DNA of 64,000 nucleotides, taken from assembly GCA_963793265.1 (NCBI GenBank), contig CAWBZI010000001.1, positions 448,001-512,000 of the forward strand, read 5' to 3'. How positions within the stretch are numbered: the first letter of the stretch is position 1; every line of letters starts with the position of its first letter. This document shows, one piece after another, positions 63,755 through 64,000 of the stretch. The stretch comes from an uncultured cyanobacterium. Its GTDB lineage: Bacteria > Cyanobacteriota > Cyanobacteriia > Phormidesmidales > Phormidesmidaceae. The notes beneath the pieces are model-generated. The model was not told where the DNA came from, did not search any database, and worked only from the letters and a program-made list of their open reading frames with translations. A program made the translations under genes and the position numbers.

Positions 63755-64000
63755 TCAGTAGTGATATCGGCAGGCAATAATCGTCAAGTAGCTGTCATCT
63801 ACAGCGTAGACCAGACGGTTAGTATCATCTATTCTGCGCGACCAAAAGCCAGACAAGTCTCTTTTTAGAGGTTCTGGCTTGCCGATGCCTTCAAAAGGGA
63901 GAATTTTGGTCGCTTTAATAAGCTTATTGATTCTCTTAAGTGTTTTTTTGTCTTGCTGTTGCCAATACAGATAGTGGCCCCATGCCTCATCAGTCCAGGC
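63755..64000 (-). CDS. yoeB: YoeB/Txe family toxin (5' end outside the window; not in the ORF track)
   Basis: Manual translation AWTDEAWGHYLYWQQQDKKTLKRINKLIK...PFEGIGKPEPLKRDLSGFWSRRIDDTNRLVY...IIACRYHY*. Confidence 0.92.
   Translation of the reverse strand, partial: AWTDEAWGHYLYWQQQDKKTLKRINKLIKATKILPFEGIGKPEPLKRDLSGFWSRRIDDTNRLVYAVDDSYLTIIACRYHY

Overview
A 64-kb chromosomal segment from a cyanobacterium: the HIP1 octamer GCGATCGC is abundant, and petL, a Tab2/Atab2-family gene and glnB are present. A Leptolyngbyaceae or PCC 7335-like host is my inference. Core genes (metG, queF, mtnP, avtA-rimM, petL/aroB, hisB, msrB, leuC, folC, glnB) alternate with six accessory blocks: (1) a HIP1-free three-gene cassette after metG, encoding a stand-alone colicin E3-like RNase domain, a small acidic protein and an ImmA/IrrE-type HExxH metallopeptidase, which is the best candidate for an undescribed toxin or defence system; (2) a toxin-antitoxin patch at about 20.1-21.7 kb; (3) a surface-polysaccharide locus with kdsA/kdsB/kdsD, Wzm/Wzt, a TylF-type methyltransferase, glycosyltransferases, WbaP and an O-antigen ligase; (4) complete IS630 and ISAzo13 elements, with a run of fused gene remnants (including a katG 3' end) next to ISAzo13; (5) a cluster of a Mesh1-like HD hydrolase, a CHAT-AAA_35 protein and an AAA_35-beta-propeller protein; (6) an ECF sigma gene inside an ABC exporter operon. 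Across the window, many HIP1 sites sit at a local strand-asymmetry switch, G/T-rich on the 5' side and C/A-rich on the 3' side. I translated several genes missing from the ORF track by hand: petL, a 59-aa membrane protein, a partial YoeB and a RelE/ParE pseudogene. All family assignments come from motif recognition, not database searches.
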